A stretch of 64,000 nt of DNA from an uncultured Spirochaetota bacterium (GCA_963745235.1 CAVUXE010000035.1:256001-320000); one strand, 5' to 3'; positions 8,796-19,151 are shown, counted from the stretch's first letter. Made by a program: numbers and translations. The notes: generated by a model from the letters alone, not told the origin.

Positions 8796-10019
8796 GTGGC
8801 GTCGACCTACCTGCGCTCGTCCGAGACCAACGCGCATCCCATAGCCATCGGCTCTGCGAATGATCTCAAGAGGCATCTTGCCGAGATCGACGTGTCGGAC
8901 GACGAGATCGAGAAGATCTCCGACATGTTTCTCTACTGCACCGTGAAGCTTGAAGCCATTGACACCCGGGCCGCCAACCTCATGAAGACCAGGATCGAGA
9001 ACCTGGGCGGCGCCATTGCGATGCGCAAGGAGGCTCACGAGTTCACCGTCCGGGAGACAGACGTCGTGATTTCCGGCAGCAGGCACACGCTGCGGGTGCT
9101 GGCCACCAGCCTGAAGGGAGAGCCTTTTGGACTGGACGGCATTGCCGCGGAGATCGCCGCCTGCATCTCCACCGGCGCGCGCATCATGTCCTGGGGCACC
9201 CGGACCCTCGACTTCACCAGCAAGACCTACGTGATGGGGATCCTCAATTGCACCCCTGATTCTTTCTATCCCGGAAGCCGGGCTGTCACCATCAAGGACG
9301 CGTTGAAAGCCGCGCGGGAGATGATTGACGCCGGAGTCGACATCATCGACGTGGGCGGGGAATCCACGCGTCCGGGCTCCGACCCGGTTCCTCTCGAAGA
9401 GGAGATTCGCCGGGTCATTCCGGTGGTGCAGTCTCTGCGCTCCGAATCTGAGGTCATGATCTCCGTCGACACGAGGAAGAAGGACGTTGCTGAAAGGTCC
9501 CTGGACGCCGGGGCGGACATCATCAACGACATTTCCGGACTGAGGCACAGCGAGGACCTGGCCAGGCTGGTGGCCGCGCGAAAGGTGCCGGTGGTCCTGA
9601 TGCACATGCGGGGAACGCCCAAGACCATGCAGCGCCAGCCCCACTACCAGAACACCATCAGCGAGATCCTGCGCGAGCTGCAGCCGCCAATTGCCGCGGC
9701 CATTGGCGCCGGAATAGATCCCGCCATGCTCATCATCGACCCTGGCATCGGCTTCGGCAAACGGATCCAGGACAACCTGCGCATCATCAAAGAGCTCGCG
9801 TCCCTGAAATCGCTCAACTTTCCCATCCTCATTGGCCTGTCACGAAAGAGCTTCATCGGGGAGATCCTGGACAAGCCCGTGGAGAAAAGGCTCATTGGCA
9901 CCATCACCGCCAACACCCTCGCAATCATCAACGGTGCCAACATCATCCGTGTCCATGACGTCAGCGATGCGGTTGAGATGGTAAAGATCATAGAGTCAGT
10001 GCGAAAGATCGGGACATAA
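8796..10019 (+). CDS. folP: Dihydropteroate synthase with N-terminal extension
   Basis: MGILNCTPDSF, DVGGESTRPG, DPGIGFGK, LSRKSFIG, IRVHDV. Confidence 0.95.
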   Translation: MASTYLRSSETNAHPIAIGSANDLKRHLAEIDVSDDEIEKISDMFLYCTVKLEAIDTRAANLMKTRIENLGGAIAMRKEAHEFTVRETDVVISGSRHTLRVLATSLKGEPFGLDGIAAEIAACISTGARIMSWGTRTLDFTSKTYVMGILNCTPDSFYPGSRAVTIKDALKAAREMIDAGVDIIDVGGESTRPGSDPVPLEEEIRRVIPVVQSLRSESEVMISVDTRKKDVAERSLDAGADIINDISGLRHSEDLARLVAARKVPVVLMHMRGTPKTMQRQPHYQNTISEILRELQPPIAAAIGAGIDPAMLIIDPGIGFGKRIQDNLRIIKELASLKSLNFPILIGLSRKSFIGEILDKPVEKRLIGTITANTLAIINGANIIRVHDVSDAVEMVKIIESVRKIGT

Positions 10020-10029
10020 GGGAGAGCCG

Positions 10030-10815
10030 GTGGATCAGCTCCTGAACACGTGGGTCGCGCGGGAGGTCGTGCGGCCGGTCCTGGACGTCCTCATGCTCGC
10101 CTACCTCCTCTACAAGAGCTGGCAGATCCTCGTGCAGACCCGCGCGGTGCAGCTCCTCAAGGGCACCATCGTGATGGTGCTGATCTATGCCGTGTCGTTC
10201 TTTCTGCGCCTTACTACGCTCCTGTGGATCCTGAATGTCCTGGTGCCCGGCCTCGTTATTGCAATTGCAATCGTCTTCCAGCCGGAGCTGCGAAAGATCT
10301 TTACCCAGATCGGCAGCCGAGAGTGGTTTCGCCCGGGGGCCAGGGCGGGGACGCTGCGGGTGGAAAGCCTCCTCAACGCCGTCCAGCTCCTCTCAGCCCG
10401 TCGACGTGGCGCTCTGATTGTCCTTCCGCGCCGGGTCGGGGTGAAGAACATCGTCCAGACCGGCACCATACTGAATGCGGAGATTTCTACCAACCTGATC
10501 ATGACCATTTTCTACGACGGAACCGCGCTTCACGATGGTGCCATGATCATAGAGGGGGACCGGATCGTCGCTGCCGGCTGCTTCCTTCCCCTTTCGCAGC
10601 GGGAGGACGTGGAAAGCGCGTTCGGCGCCAGGCATCGGGCAGCCCTGGGCCTGGCGGAGGAAAGCGATGCGCTGGTGGTGGTGATCTCGGAGGAGAACGG
10701 CGCAGTTTCCCTGGCCCAGGACGGCAATATCCGCTACAACATCGGCCTCCCCGAGGTTGAGGCCGGCATCAGGAGCCTGCTGCCCCTGACCAGGCCGGAG
10801 GGGAAGTCCCCATGA
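10030..10815 (+). CDS. cdaA: Diadenylate cyclase (c-di-AMP synthase)
   Basis: 3 TM helices, VFQPELR, LHDGA and GARHRAALG catalytic motifs. Confidence 0.95.
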   Translation: MDQLLNTWVAREVVRPVLDVLMLAYLLYKSWQILVQTRAVQLLKGTIVMVLIYAVSFFLRLTTLLWILNVLVPGLVIAIAIVFQPELRKIFTQIGSREWFRPGARAGTLRVESLLNAVQLLSARRRGALIVLPRRVGVKNIVQTGTILNAEISTNLIMTIFYDGTALHDGAMIIEGDRIVAAGCFLPLSQREDVESAFGARHRAALGLAEESDALVVVISEENGAVSLAQDGNIRYNIGLPEVEAGIRSLLPLTRPEGKSP

Positions 10816-11759
10816 ACAGCAGGGGATTCCTGCACGCCCTCCTGTCGGACCTTCCGGTCAAGGTGATCTGTCTCACCGCCGCCGTGATCCTGTTCCTCTT
10901 CCACCGGGTCAACACCATGACGGAGCGCTTCTTCAGCGTTCCCCTGGAGGTCAGCACCCCGCCGGGTCTTGCGATAGCATCCCCGTACCCCAAGACCGTG
11001 CGGATCACGCTTCGGGGTTCAGAGGATGCAATCTACCCGATATTGGAGGAGGACATTGAGGCCACCGCGGACCTCGAGTCCCATAAGAGCCAGGGTGTGT
11101 TTCGGGCGCCCGTCAGGATTTCCCGTCGGGGAACCGCGGCGAACGTCGAGCCGCTGGAGATCAAGGTCGAGCCCCAGGATGTCGCGTTCACACTGGAGCC
11201 GCTTGCGGAGCGAAAGGTGAATGTTTCGCCGGATCTGCGCGGGTCCCCCGCCTACGGGTACGAGATGGTCCAGTCCAGCGTGACGCCGCCGACCATGCTG
11301 GTGCGCGGCGCGCGAAGCCGGGTTCAGACGCTTACATCGTTGTCAACGGAGGAGATTGACCTTTCGGGCCACGCCACCAGCTTCACCACCCGCGTCAAGA
11401 TACTTGCCCCCAGCTCGCTGGTCCGGATTGTCGGGGACCCGTCCGCGGATTTCCACGCGATCATCCAGGAGTCCATCGGCGCGAGGACTTTTGACAGCGT
11501 GCCGATTGTCGGCTCCGACATCGGGCCGCACCTGGCCCTGAAATCGACCCTGCCCCTGGGGATGGTGTCGCTGCAGGGCGCGCAGCTCGCCCTGGACGGG
11601 GTCCGAGCGGAGCAGGTGAGCCTGCTCATCGATTTTTCCTCCATCCACAGGGCCGGTCAGTACACGCTTCACCCCCGGCCCGAAGCGCCCCCCGGCTTCT
11701 CCGTCCTGGACTGGACGCCGCGGGAGGTGACCGTGGATCTGGCCTCGTCGGGTCGATAG
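10812..11759 (+). CDS. cdaR: CdaR/YbbR-domain regulator
   Basis: N-terminal TM, YbbR-like beta repeats (V.ITLRG, P..V.V.G), ATGA-coupled to cdaA. Confidence 0.85.
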   Translation: MNSRGFLHALLSDLPVKVICLTAAVILFLFHRVNTMTERFFSVPLEVSTPPGLAIASPYPKTVRITLRGSEDAIYPILEEDIEATADLESHKSQGVFRAPVRISRRGTAANVEPLEIKVEPQDVAFTLEPLAERKVNVSPDLRGSPAYGYEMVQSSVTPPTMLVRGARSRVQTLTSLSTEEIDLSGHATSFTTRVKILAPSSLVRIVGDPSADFHAIIQESIGARTFDSVPIVGSDIGPHLALKSTLPLGMVSLQGAQLALDGVRAEQVSLLIDFSSIHRAGQYTLHPRPEAPPGFSVLDWTPREVTVDLASSGR

Positions 11760-11770
11760 GAGGTGCAGCC

Positions 11771-12151
11771 GTGATCCTGGGAGTTGGCATCGACGTCGTT
11801 CACGTGGAACGCATCCGCAGGTGGCGGAGAATCGAAGGCCTCTACGAGAGGTTCTTCCATGCCGAGGAGCTGGCCGCCGCGCTTCCCCGGGGGGAGACGG
11901 GGATCCTGTCCCTGGCCGCGCGTTTTGCGGCCAAGGAGGCTTTCGGAAAGGCCATCGGTTCAGGCCTCCGCCATTTCGCCCTCCGGGACATCGCCGTGCT
12001 CAACGACTCCCACGGGAAGCCGTTCATGATGCTCACGGGCGGGGCGGAAGCGGCGTTCAAGGATTTTGGAGGGAGCCGGCTCGTGTGCTCTCTTTCCCAC
12101 GAGAAAGAAAACGCGCTCGCCGTGGTCCTCATCGAGGGAGACCCCCGGTGA
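11771..12151 (+). CDS. acpS: Holo-[acyl-carrier-protein] synthase
   Basis: GVGIDVV, AARFAAKEAFGKA, GKP, SLSHE. Confidence 0.95.
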   Translation: MILGVGIDVVHVERIRRWRRIEGLYERFFHAEELAAALPRGETGILSLAARFAAKEAFGKAIGSGLRHFALRDIAVLNDSHGKPFMMLTGGAEAAFKDFGGSRLVCSLSHEKENALAVVLIEGDPR

Positions 12152-13032
12152 TGGAAGCCCAGAAGCTCACTTTCTTCGAGAAGAAACAGACGGTGTGCCC
12201 TGTCTGTGACACCAAGTTCTTCCGGGAAGATCTCCTCTCCGGGGGAGGAAGGCTCATTGCAGGGGACCTCGACCCCGAGCTGAGGCGCCGCTACGAGCCG
12301 TCCAAGAAGTTCGGCGAGGTATCTCCCCTCCTGTATCCGGTGACGGTCTGTCCGATCTGCTATTTTTCCACCTTTGCCCAGGACTTCGAGACGGCTCCGG
12401 AAAAGAACCTGCGAAAGGCGGAGCAGAATACCGAGGAAAGGCGACAGGGCGCCGCGCTGCTTTTCCCGCAGCTGGACTTCACCGCGCCGCGGACGCTGTT
12501 CGAAGGAACGGCAAGCTATTTCTTCGCCGCCGCCTGCTACGACTTCCACGACAAGAAAGCGAACCCCACCTACAAGTCCGCGCTGTGCTCCCTGAGGGCC
12601 GCCTGGCTGCTGGGAGACCTCCACGCAAAGTTCCCGGGCGACAACTGGGACTACGCGTCGCTGCTCTTTTACCGCAAGGCCCGCTTCTACTACCGCATGG
12701 CCCTTGAAAGGGAAAGCGCCGGCCAGGAGGCCTTCGATTCCAACCTCGCGTTCGGCCCGGACCTCGACAAGAACTACGGGTACTACGGGGTCATCTACCT
12801 TGCCGCGTACCTGGATTTCCGCTACGGCGCGGCTCATGATCCCGAAAAGAGGGCGTTCGAGCTGCAAAACGCCCGGCGGATGATGGCCAAGATCTTCGGC
12901 GTCGGAAAGTCTTCCAAGAACAAGCCGTCGGTCCTCCTGGACAAGGCGAAGGAGATCTACGAGCAGATGGGAGAACAGCTGGCGCGGCTCAGGCCGGAGA
13001 CCGAAAGCGCGGACCTGGGAGCAGATGACTGA
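12151..13032 (+). CDS. DUF2225-domain protein (zinc-ribbon CxxC pairs plus helical repeats)
   Basis: CPVC and CPIC pairs, LRAAWL; conserved spirochaete position between acpS and truA. Confidence 0.8.
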   Translation: MEAQKLTFFEKKQTVCPVCDTKFFREDLLSGGGRLIAGDLDPELRRRYEPSKKFGEVSPLLYPVTVCPICYFSTFAQDFETAPEKNLRKAEQNTEERRQGAALLFPQLDFTAPRTLFEGTASYFFAAACYDFHDKKANPTYKSALCSLRAAWLLGDLHAKFPGDNWDYASLLFYRKARFYYRMALERESAGQEAFDSNLAFGPDLDKNYGYYGVIYLAAYLDFRYGAAHDPEKRAFELQNARRMMAKIFGVGKSSKNKPSVLLDKAKEIYEQMGEQLARLRPETESADLGADD

Positions 13033-13867
13033 AACGCCCGTCGCGCCGGAGAGGAACATCAAGCTGACCGTTGCATACGACGGGACCGATTTCCTGGGCT
13101 GGCAGCTCCAGAGGAAAGGCCGCACCGTCCAGGGGGTGATGCAGGACGGCCTGGGACGGATGCACGGCCATCCCGTGCACGTCCTGGCGGCGGGGCGGAC
13201 GGACTCCGGGGTCCATGCAACCGGCCAGGTTGCAAACTTCCACACGGACATCCACTCCATCCCCCCGGAACGGTTCCGCGATGCGGTCAACTCCTTTCTC
13301 CCCCGCGACGTGCGCGTCGTGGCGAGCGAGGATGTGGGGCCCGGTTTCCACGCGCGCAGGTCAGCGCGGCTGCGAGTCTATCGCTATTACATCGTGAACG
13401 GACCCATCCTCCTCCCGCACCTTCGAAACTATCGCCACTGGGTCAGGCGCGCGCTCGACTTGAAGCGCCTGAACGAGATGGCATCCGTGCTCGTCGGTGA
13501 GCACGACTTTTCCTGCTTCTCCGCCGAAGGGGATGCCAACGTCTCCAAAGTGCGCCAGGTCATGGTATCCTCGTTCCACGTGGAGGGGGACACACTTGTC
13601 TACACGATCGCCGCGTCGTCATTTCTCTGGAAGATGGTGAGGTCGGTGATCGGGACGTTTCTCATGCTGGACGAGCAGGGGCTGGGCGCTCCCGAGATGC
13701 TGCGGATCATCGACTCGCGTCTTCGATCCAATGCCGGCGGAACCGCTCCTGCGCGCGGATTGTTCCTCGAAAGGGTGCTCTATGAAGAGGTCAACGGAAT
13801 CCCTGCCCCGTCTCTGGAAGGCGCTGAACCTGCTCCAGGACTACGTGAGCACGGGGTTTTCCCGTAG
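13025..13867 (+). CDS. truA: tRNA pseudouridine(38-40) synthase
   Basis: YDGTDFLGWQ, AGRTDSGVHA, FHAR, GEHDFS, FLWKMVR. Confidence 0.96.
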   Translation: MTETPVAPERNIKLTVAYDGTDFLGWQLQRKGRTVQGVMQDGLGRMHGHPVHVLAAGRTDSGVHATGQVANFHTDIHSIPPERFRDAVNSFLPRDVRVVASEDVGPGFHARRSARLRVYRYYIVNGPILLPHLRNYRHWVRRALDLKRLNEMASVLVGEHDFSCFSAEGDANVSKVRQVMVSSFHVEGDTLVYTIAASSFLWKMVRSVIGTFLMLDEQGLGAPEMLRIIDSRLRSNAGGTAPARGLFLERVLYEEVNGIPAPSLEGAEPAPGLREHGVFP

Positions 13868-14615
13868 CCATCCTGAGCTCGTCCTGACCCAGCCGCAGAA
13901 AGCGGTGACGCAGACGGCGGAGGCGCCCCGAGCCCAGCCGTCACGTGCGGAAGCGCCCCGGCCCGAGGCGCCACGCGCAGAAGTGGCGCGGCCCCAGCCC
14001 TCACGTACAGAAGCTCAGCCGCAGCCTGTTCAGGTGGCGCAAACCGCAGGCACTCCCGTTGACGACAGTCCTGACATCATTGCCGCGGAAATCGCCGCCT
14101 GCGTCAAATGCGAGCTGTGCGCAGGGAGAAAGACAACAGTGCCGGGAGAGGGCAGCCTGCGGCCGCCGGTGATGTTCGTGGGGGAGGGGCCCGGAGAGGA
14201 GGAAGACAGAACCGGACGGCCCTTTGTCGGGGCGGCGGGGCGTTACCTCGACAAGTGGATCCCGGCCATCGGGCTGAGCAGGGAAGAATGCTTTATTGCG
14301 AACGTGGTCAAGTGCAGGCCGCCGCGCAATCGCGAGCCGCATCCGGAAGAGATCACCGCGTGCCTGCCGTACCTCGAACGGCAGATCCGCGTCGTGAAGC
14401 CGCTCACCCTCTGCTGCCTGGGGCGGATCGCGGCTCACACGCTCCTGCAGACCACGGCGAGCCTCGGGGGCCTGCGCGGGAAGGTCCACCACTGGCAGGG
14501 CATCCCCCTTGTGGTCACCTATCACCCCAGCGCCGTCCTGCGGGACTCCACCCTGCGCAAGCCGGTCTGGGACGACCTGAAGCTCCTGAAGACCCTCATT
14601 CCCGCCCAGAAATGA
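13782..14615 (+). CDS. Uracil-DNA glycosylase family 4 (Fe-S)
   Basis: CxxC..VGEGPG, GRPFVG, NVVKCRPPRNR, TYHPS; low-complexity N-terminus. Confidence 0.92.
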   Translation: MKRSTESLPRLWKALNLLQDYVSTGFSRSHPELVLTQPQKAVTQTAEAPRAQPSRAEAPRPEAPRAEVARPQPSRTEAQPQPVQVAQTAGTPVDDSPDIIAAEIAACVKCELCAGRKTTVPGEGSLRPPVMFVGEGPGEEEDRTGRPFVGAAGRYLDKWIPAIGLSREECFIANVVKCRPPRNREPHPEEITACLPYLERQIRVVKPLTLCCLGRIAAHTLLQTTASLGGLRGKVHHWQGIPLVVTYHPSAVLRDSTLRKPVWDDLKLLKTLIPAQK

Positions 14616-16558
14616 GCCGATACATCGAGCTGGCCTTCAATCTCCCGGTGAAGCGCCAGTTCACGTACAGCGTCCCTGACGGCATGGAGGTCATGGTGGG
14701 ATGCCGGGTGAGCGCGCCATTCGGCTCACGCCAGCTCACCGGCCTCGTTGTCAGCACCCCCGCGGCGCCTCCGGAGGGAGTTGGCGAGATCAAGAGCGTG
14801 AAGCGTGTCATAGACAAGCAGGCGCTTGTGGATGATGCAACGCTGGACCTCGCCCGGTGGATGGCGCGCATGTACATGTGCTCGCTGGGGGAAGCTCTCT
14901 TCACCATCCTTCCCGGCGGACGCAGGGAGGGCGAATCGGATGATCTTCCCCCCGAAGATGATGTGCTGGAGCATGAGCTCGCTCCCCAGCAGCAAGACGC
15001 GGTTCGAGCAATAGAGGCCACCGACGGCGGGTCGTTCTATCTCTTCGGGGTCACGGGCTCCGGGAAGACCGACGTCTACCTGCACGCCGCCCGGAGCGTC
15101 ACGTCCCGCGGCAAGGGAGTGATCTACCTCGTTCCCGAGATTTCCCTCACGCACCAGGTGGTCAGGGTATTTCACCGGACCTACAAGAGCCGCCTTGCAG
15201 TGCTGCACTCCGGCCTTACCCCGTCGCAGCGGCTCTCGGAATGGCTTCGGGTCATGGGCGGCGATGTGGACGTGGTTATCGGCGCCCGCAGCGCGGTCTT
15301 TGCGCCCCTGCGCAGGCTCGGTCTCATTGTGATCGACGAGGAGCAGGAAGGCGCCTACAAGTCCGGAACGACCCCCCGTTACCACGCCCGCCAGGTCGCG
15401 ATGTACCGCGCAGCACGGGAGAAGGCGCGTCTCGTCATGGGCAGCGCAACTCCGTCCCTGGAGGCGTATCACTTCATGGGAGAAGGAAAGCTGGTTCCCC
15501 TGCGCATGCCGGATCGGCTGAGCGGGGGAGCAATGCCTTCCCTGGAGATCGTGGACATGCGCGCGCAGCAGGGCCCTCTCTCGCAGGCCTTGCTGGATGC
15601 GATATCCCGGACAGCTTCCGAGGGTCGGCAGGCCATCCTGTTCCTCAACAGGCGCGGATTTTCCTACCTCTTTCACTGCCGTTCGTGCGGGTACGAAATG
15701 GCATGCCCTCATTGCTCGGTGGCGATGACGTATCACAAGGAGCGCGGCAGGATGATCTGCCACTACTGCGGCTCATCAGCGGCTCCCATCACTGTCTGCC
15801 CCACGTGCGGCTCGCTTGACGTGGGCTACTCGGGGTTCGGAACGGAGGGAATTGAGGAGGAGCTGGCGCGCAACTTCCCCCAGCTTGTCGTTCGCCGCAT
15901 CGACACGGATGCGGTGCGAAAGAAGCGCGTGCTCCAGCAGCTGCTGAGCGACTTCAGAAAGGGCGCGGTCCAGGTGCTCGTCGGGACCCAGATGGTTGCA
16001 AAAGGGCTGGACTTTCCCGGTGTGAAGCTTGTGGGGATCATCAACGCGGACACGGGACTGCAGCTCCCCGATTTCCGGGCCGCAGAGAGGACGTTCAGCC
16101 TGCTTGTGCAGGTTGCAGGTCGGGCGGGAAGGGCGTTACCGGACGGCAAAGTGCTCATCCAGACTTTCCGGCCAGGCTCCCCATCAGTACGCCTGGCACA
16201 GCAGGGGAAGCTGGAAGAGTTCTACGCTGAAGAGCTCCAGGCCAGGAGGCAGCTTGGATTTCCTCCTTTCAGCAGGCTCATCCGTGTCCTCCTGCGGGGG
16301 CGGAACAGGCAAAAGACGCTCGCGGCAATCAACGAGCTTACCGCTGAGCTCTCCACCCGGCTCGCGGAGACTGCCGAGACCATGGGTCCCGCGGAGTGCC
16401 CCCTGGCCAGGATTTCGGGCAACTACAGGTACCACACCATCCTGCGCACGCTCAGGTTCTCCGAAGCGCACTCCCGCGTAAGTCGGGTTCTGGAAACCTG
16501 GCGAGCGCCCGGCGGAGTGTATGTCGAGGTCGACGTGGACCCGCAGGCGCTCCTGTAG
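14612..16558 (+). CDS. priA: Primosomal protein N'
   Basis: GVTGSGKT, DEEQ, SATPS, four CxxC zinc ligands, GTQMVAKGLDFP, QVAGRAGR. Confidence 0.96.
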   Translation: MSRYIELAFNLPVKRQFTYSVPDGMEVMVGCRVSAPFGSRQLTGLVVSTPAAPPEGVGEIKSVKRVIDKQALVDDATLDLARWMARMYMCSLGEALFTILPGGRREGESDDLPPEDDVLEHELAPQQQDAVRAIEATDGGSFYLFGVTGSGKTDVYLHAARSVTSRGKGVIYLVPEISLTHQVVRVFHRTYKSRLAVLHSGLTPSQRLSEWLRVMGGDVDVVIGARSAVFAPLRRLGLIVIDEEQEGAYKSGTTPRYHARQVAMYRAAREKARLVMGSATPSLEAYHFMGEGKLVPLRMPDRLSGGAMPSLEIVDMRAQQGPLSQALLDAISRTASEGRQAILFLNRRGFSYLFHCRSCGYEMACPHCSVAMTYHKERGRMICHYCGSSAAPITVCPTCGSLDVGYSGFGTEGIEEELARNFPQLVVRRIDTDAVRKKRVLQQLLSDFRKGAVQVLVGTQMVAKGLDFPGVKLVGIINADTGLQLPDFRAAERTFSLLVQVAGRAGRALPDGKVLIQTFRPGSPSVRLAQQGKLEEFYAEELQARRQLGFPPFSRLIRVLLRGRNRQKTLAAINELTAELSTRLAETAETMGPAECPLARISGNYRYHTILRTLRFSEAHSRVSRVLETWRAPGGVYVEVDVDPQALL

Positions 16559-16624
16559 CCATCGCTTCCACTTGGCTCAATTGGCCGTTTTTACTACTAT
16601 TGACGTGGAAAGCGATTAGACCCG

Positions 16625-17113
16625 ATGCTGAACATCATAAAACTGGGCGACCCGCTGCTGAAAAAACATTCGGTTGTGGTTCCGGACATCAACGACGAAG
16701 TGCGCGCTCTCGTCGCCGGGATGTTCGAGACGATGGAACGGGGCAAGGGAGTCGGCCTGGCCGCCGTCCAGGTGGGTGAGCTCCTGCGCCTTTTCGTCAC
16801 GAAGGTGCCCGGGGACTCCCCCCGCGTGTTCATCAATCCTGATATCCTGGAAACCTCCATCGATGAGGTGACCATGGAGGAAGGCTGCCTCAGCATCCCC
16901 GGCCTGTATACCGATGTGACGCGGCCCGGCTCCATTCGCGTGCAGGCCTGGAACGAGAAGGGGAGGCCGTTCGCGCTCAGCGCTGAGGAATACCTGGCCC
17001 GCGTGATCCAGCACGAGCTCGACCACCTCAACGGCATCTTGTTCATTGACCGCGTAGGTCCGAAGAAAAGACAGAGACTTCTCGCCGAGTACGACAGCAA
17101 AGTCGGTGTCTGA
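16625..17113 (+). CDS. def: Peptide deformylase
   Basis: GVGLAAVQVG, EGCLS, QHELDHLNG. Confidence 0.97.
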   Translation: MLNIIKLGDPLLKKHSVVVPDINDEVRALVAGMFETMERGKGVGLAAVQVGELLRLFVTKVPGDSPRVFINPDILETSIDEVTMEEGCLSIPGLYTDVTRPGSIRVQAWNEKGRPFALSAEEYLARVIQHELDHLNGILFIDRVGPKKRQRLLAEYDSKVGV

Positions 17114-18060
17114 TGCGCATCCTTTTCGCCGGCACGCCGCCCATGGCCGTACCGTCACTGGAGAACCTTGCCCGCGAGCTGCGCGTGGTTGCGGCACTGA
17201 CGGCGCCAGACCAGCCGGTTGGCCGCGGGCGCACTCCGTGCCCGTCCGCCGTAAAGGAGGCGGCACTGGGTCTTCGGGTACCTGTGCTGACTCCTGCCTC
17301 GCTTGACGCGGCGGCCATCGAGGCGGTGAAAGAACTGGCGCCTGACCTCCTGGTCGTCGTAGCGTACGGAAAAATCTTCAAGAAGAAGTTCCTTGACCTG
17401 TTTCCTCGCGGCGGCATCAACCTCCATCCCTCTCTTCTGCCCCTGTATCGGGGGCCTTCCCCCATCACGGCTGCCATCCTTGCAGGAGACGGTGAAACTG
17501 GCGTCACGGTCCAGAAGCTCGCAATGCGGTTCGACACAGGGGATACCCTGGCGCAGGTTCGAGTCCCCCTGCATGGGAACGAGACGACGGGCTCGCTGAC
17601 CGATGCCCTTTCCCGCATCGGCGCCGATCTTCTCCTGAAGGTGACCGGGGATATAGCCGACGGACACCCTCCCGCGGCCGTTCCCCAGGATGAATCCCGG
17701 GCGAGCTACTGCCGGCTTGTCTCCAAGCAGGACGGTCTCCTGGACTGGAACACTCCGGCTTCCCTGATCGAGCGCAAAGTTCGCGCCTACGATCCGTGGC
17801 CGCGAGCTCGGACAACTTTGAACGGAAGCTCACTCCTGCTCTTGAAAACCGTTGTCCATCCGGGTACGCTCGTCCGTGCGGCAGGCGCGCCGGTTCCCGG
17901 CGAGGTGCTTGCCGCGGACGAGGAGAACGGGATCCTTGTCCAGACCGGGCAGGGCGTCCTGCGGATCGAGCGGCTCCAGCTGCAGTTCAAGAAACCGCTT
18001 GACTGGCAATCGTTTCTTCACGGCCACCCGGATCTGCCAGGCGTCCGCCTGGGCAATTGA
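17113..18060 (+). CDS. fmt: Methionyl-tRNA formyltransferase
   Basis: FAGTP, INLHPSLLPLYRG, ETGVT, PWP. Confidence 0.96.
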   Translation: MRILFAGTPPMAVPSLENLARELRVVAALTAPDQPVGRGRTPCPSAVKEAALGLRVPVLTPASLDAAAIEAVKELAPDLLVVVAYGKIFKKKFLDLFPRGGINLHPSLLPLYRGPSPITAAILAGDGETGVTVQKLAMRFDTGDTLAQVRVPLHGNETTGSLTDALSRIGADLLLKVTGDIADGHPPAAVPQDESRASYCRLVSKQDGLLDWNTPASLIERKVRAYDPWPRARTTLNGSSLLLLKTVVHPGTLVRAAGAPVPGEVLAADEENGILVQTGQGVLRIERLQLQFKKPLDWQSFLHGHPDLPGVRLGN

Positions 18061-18071
18061 GCAGGGGAGAT

Positions 18072-19151
18072 ATGAGGGATTTCATCAGCAAGGTGCGCGT
18101 CTGGCTCGAGCAGGCCGCGGAGTGGACGGTGACATTCGTCCGGAAGGTCGTGCCGAACGCGGAAGATTCAGCGGAAACGCGGAGTCTGAAGCTCACGATT
18201 TTCCTCTTTGTCGGGATCATCGGACTGATGCTTCTCATCGGGGCAGTCACGTTCTCCATTGCGGTGCGGGGCCAGGACGAGACGCTCGTCCCGAACCTCG
18301 AAGGCAAGGATGTCCTTGATGCCCTCACCGACCTGCAGAGCAAGGAGCTGTACCCTGACATCCAGGAGCAGTACTCCACAAGCTATGACCGCAACATCGT
18401 CATCTCCCAGAGGCCTGCTCCGGGAACGCTGGTCAAAGCCGGCAAGAGAGTCACGCTGCGCGTGAGCCGCGGTCCCGTCATCGACAAGGTGGAGAACTAT
18501 GTTGGGATGACCCTGGACGATGTGAAGATCCACCTGCAGACCCTCTTCGCAACGCACAGCCCGAACCTGATCATCAAGGAGCCGATCCTGTACAGGTTTG
18601 AAAGCAGCACCCAGCCTGGCAAGATCCTGGCACAGAGCCCGAAGCCAGGAACGCCGATCTCCGGGATAACCTACCTCGAGCTCGTCGTGAGCCAGGACCA
18701 GACGGGGGAAACAATGCTGAGCGTAGGGGACTACGTCGGCAAGAACTTCCAGGAAGCCGTCTCAGACCTCACGAAAGCCAACATACCCTTTGCATTCACC
18801 GTCCAGAAGTCGGCGCAGGGCAAGGCGCCCGGCAGCGTCATCGCTCAGAACCCTGGTCCGGGGGAGAAGATCAGCTACGACCAGGTGGTCCAGCTGACCA
18901 TGACCGCTCCGGGGGACGTCGGGAAAGGGAACGTGTTCGGCCTGTTCCAGTACTCCCTTCCTCAAGAGCCCATAGCCGTTGATATCAGCCTCGACATCGT
19001 ATCCGGCTCGGACAGGAAGAACGTCCTTGCCATGAAGCATCCTGGCGGTCCTCTTGCTGTTCCGTATGTCGTTCCCGACGGGAGTGACTTGGTCCTTACA
19101 GTCCTTGACCAGGAAGTAGCGCGGCAAAAGGCAGCGCAACTGACCTTCTAG
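18072..19151 (+). CDS. Membrane-anchored PASTA-domain protein
   Basis: Single TM then three PASTA-like repeats (VPNLEG..ISQRPAPG, ILAQSPKPG, VIAQNPGPG); no kinase domain. Confidence 0.85.
   Translation: MRDFISKVRVWLEQAAEWTVTFVRKVVPNAEDSAETRSLKLTIFLFVGIIGLMLLIGAVTFSIAVRGQDETLVPNLEGKDVLDALTDLQSKELYPDIQEQYSTSYDRNIVISQRPAPGTLVKAGKRVTLRVSRGPVIDKVENYVGMTLDDVKIHLQTLFATHSPNLIIKEPILYRFESSTQPGKILAQSPKPGTPISGITYLELVVSQDQTGETMLSVGDYVGKNFQEAVSDLTKANIPFAFTVQKSAQGKAPGSVIAQNPGPGEKISYDQVVQLTMTAPGDVGKGNVFGLFQYSLPQEPIAVDISLDIVSGSDRKNVLAMKHPGGPLAVPYVVPDGSDLVLTVLDQEVARQKAAQLTF

Noticed and set aside
8796-9200. N-terminal extension of FolP as a novel domain
   Set aside because: Similar extensions (AANxxK..GG..TD..G..L..PFGL) are familiar in FolP from several anaerobic lineages.
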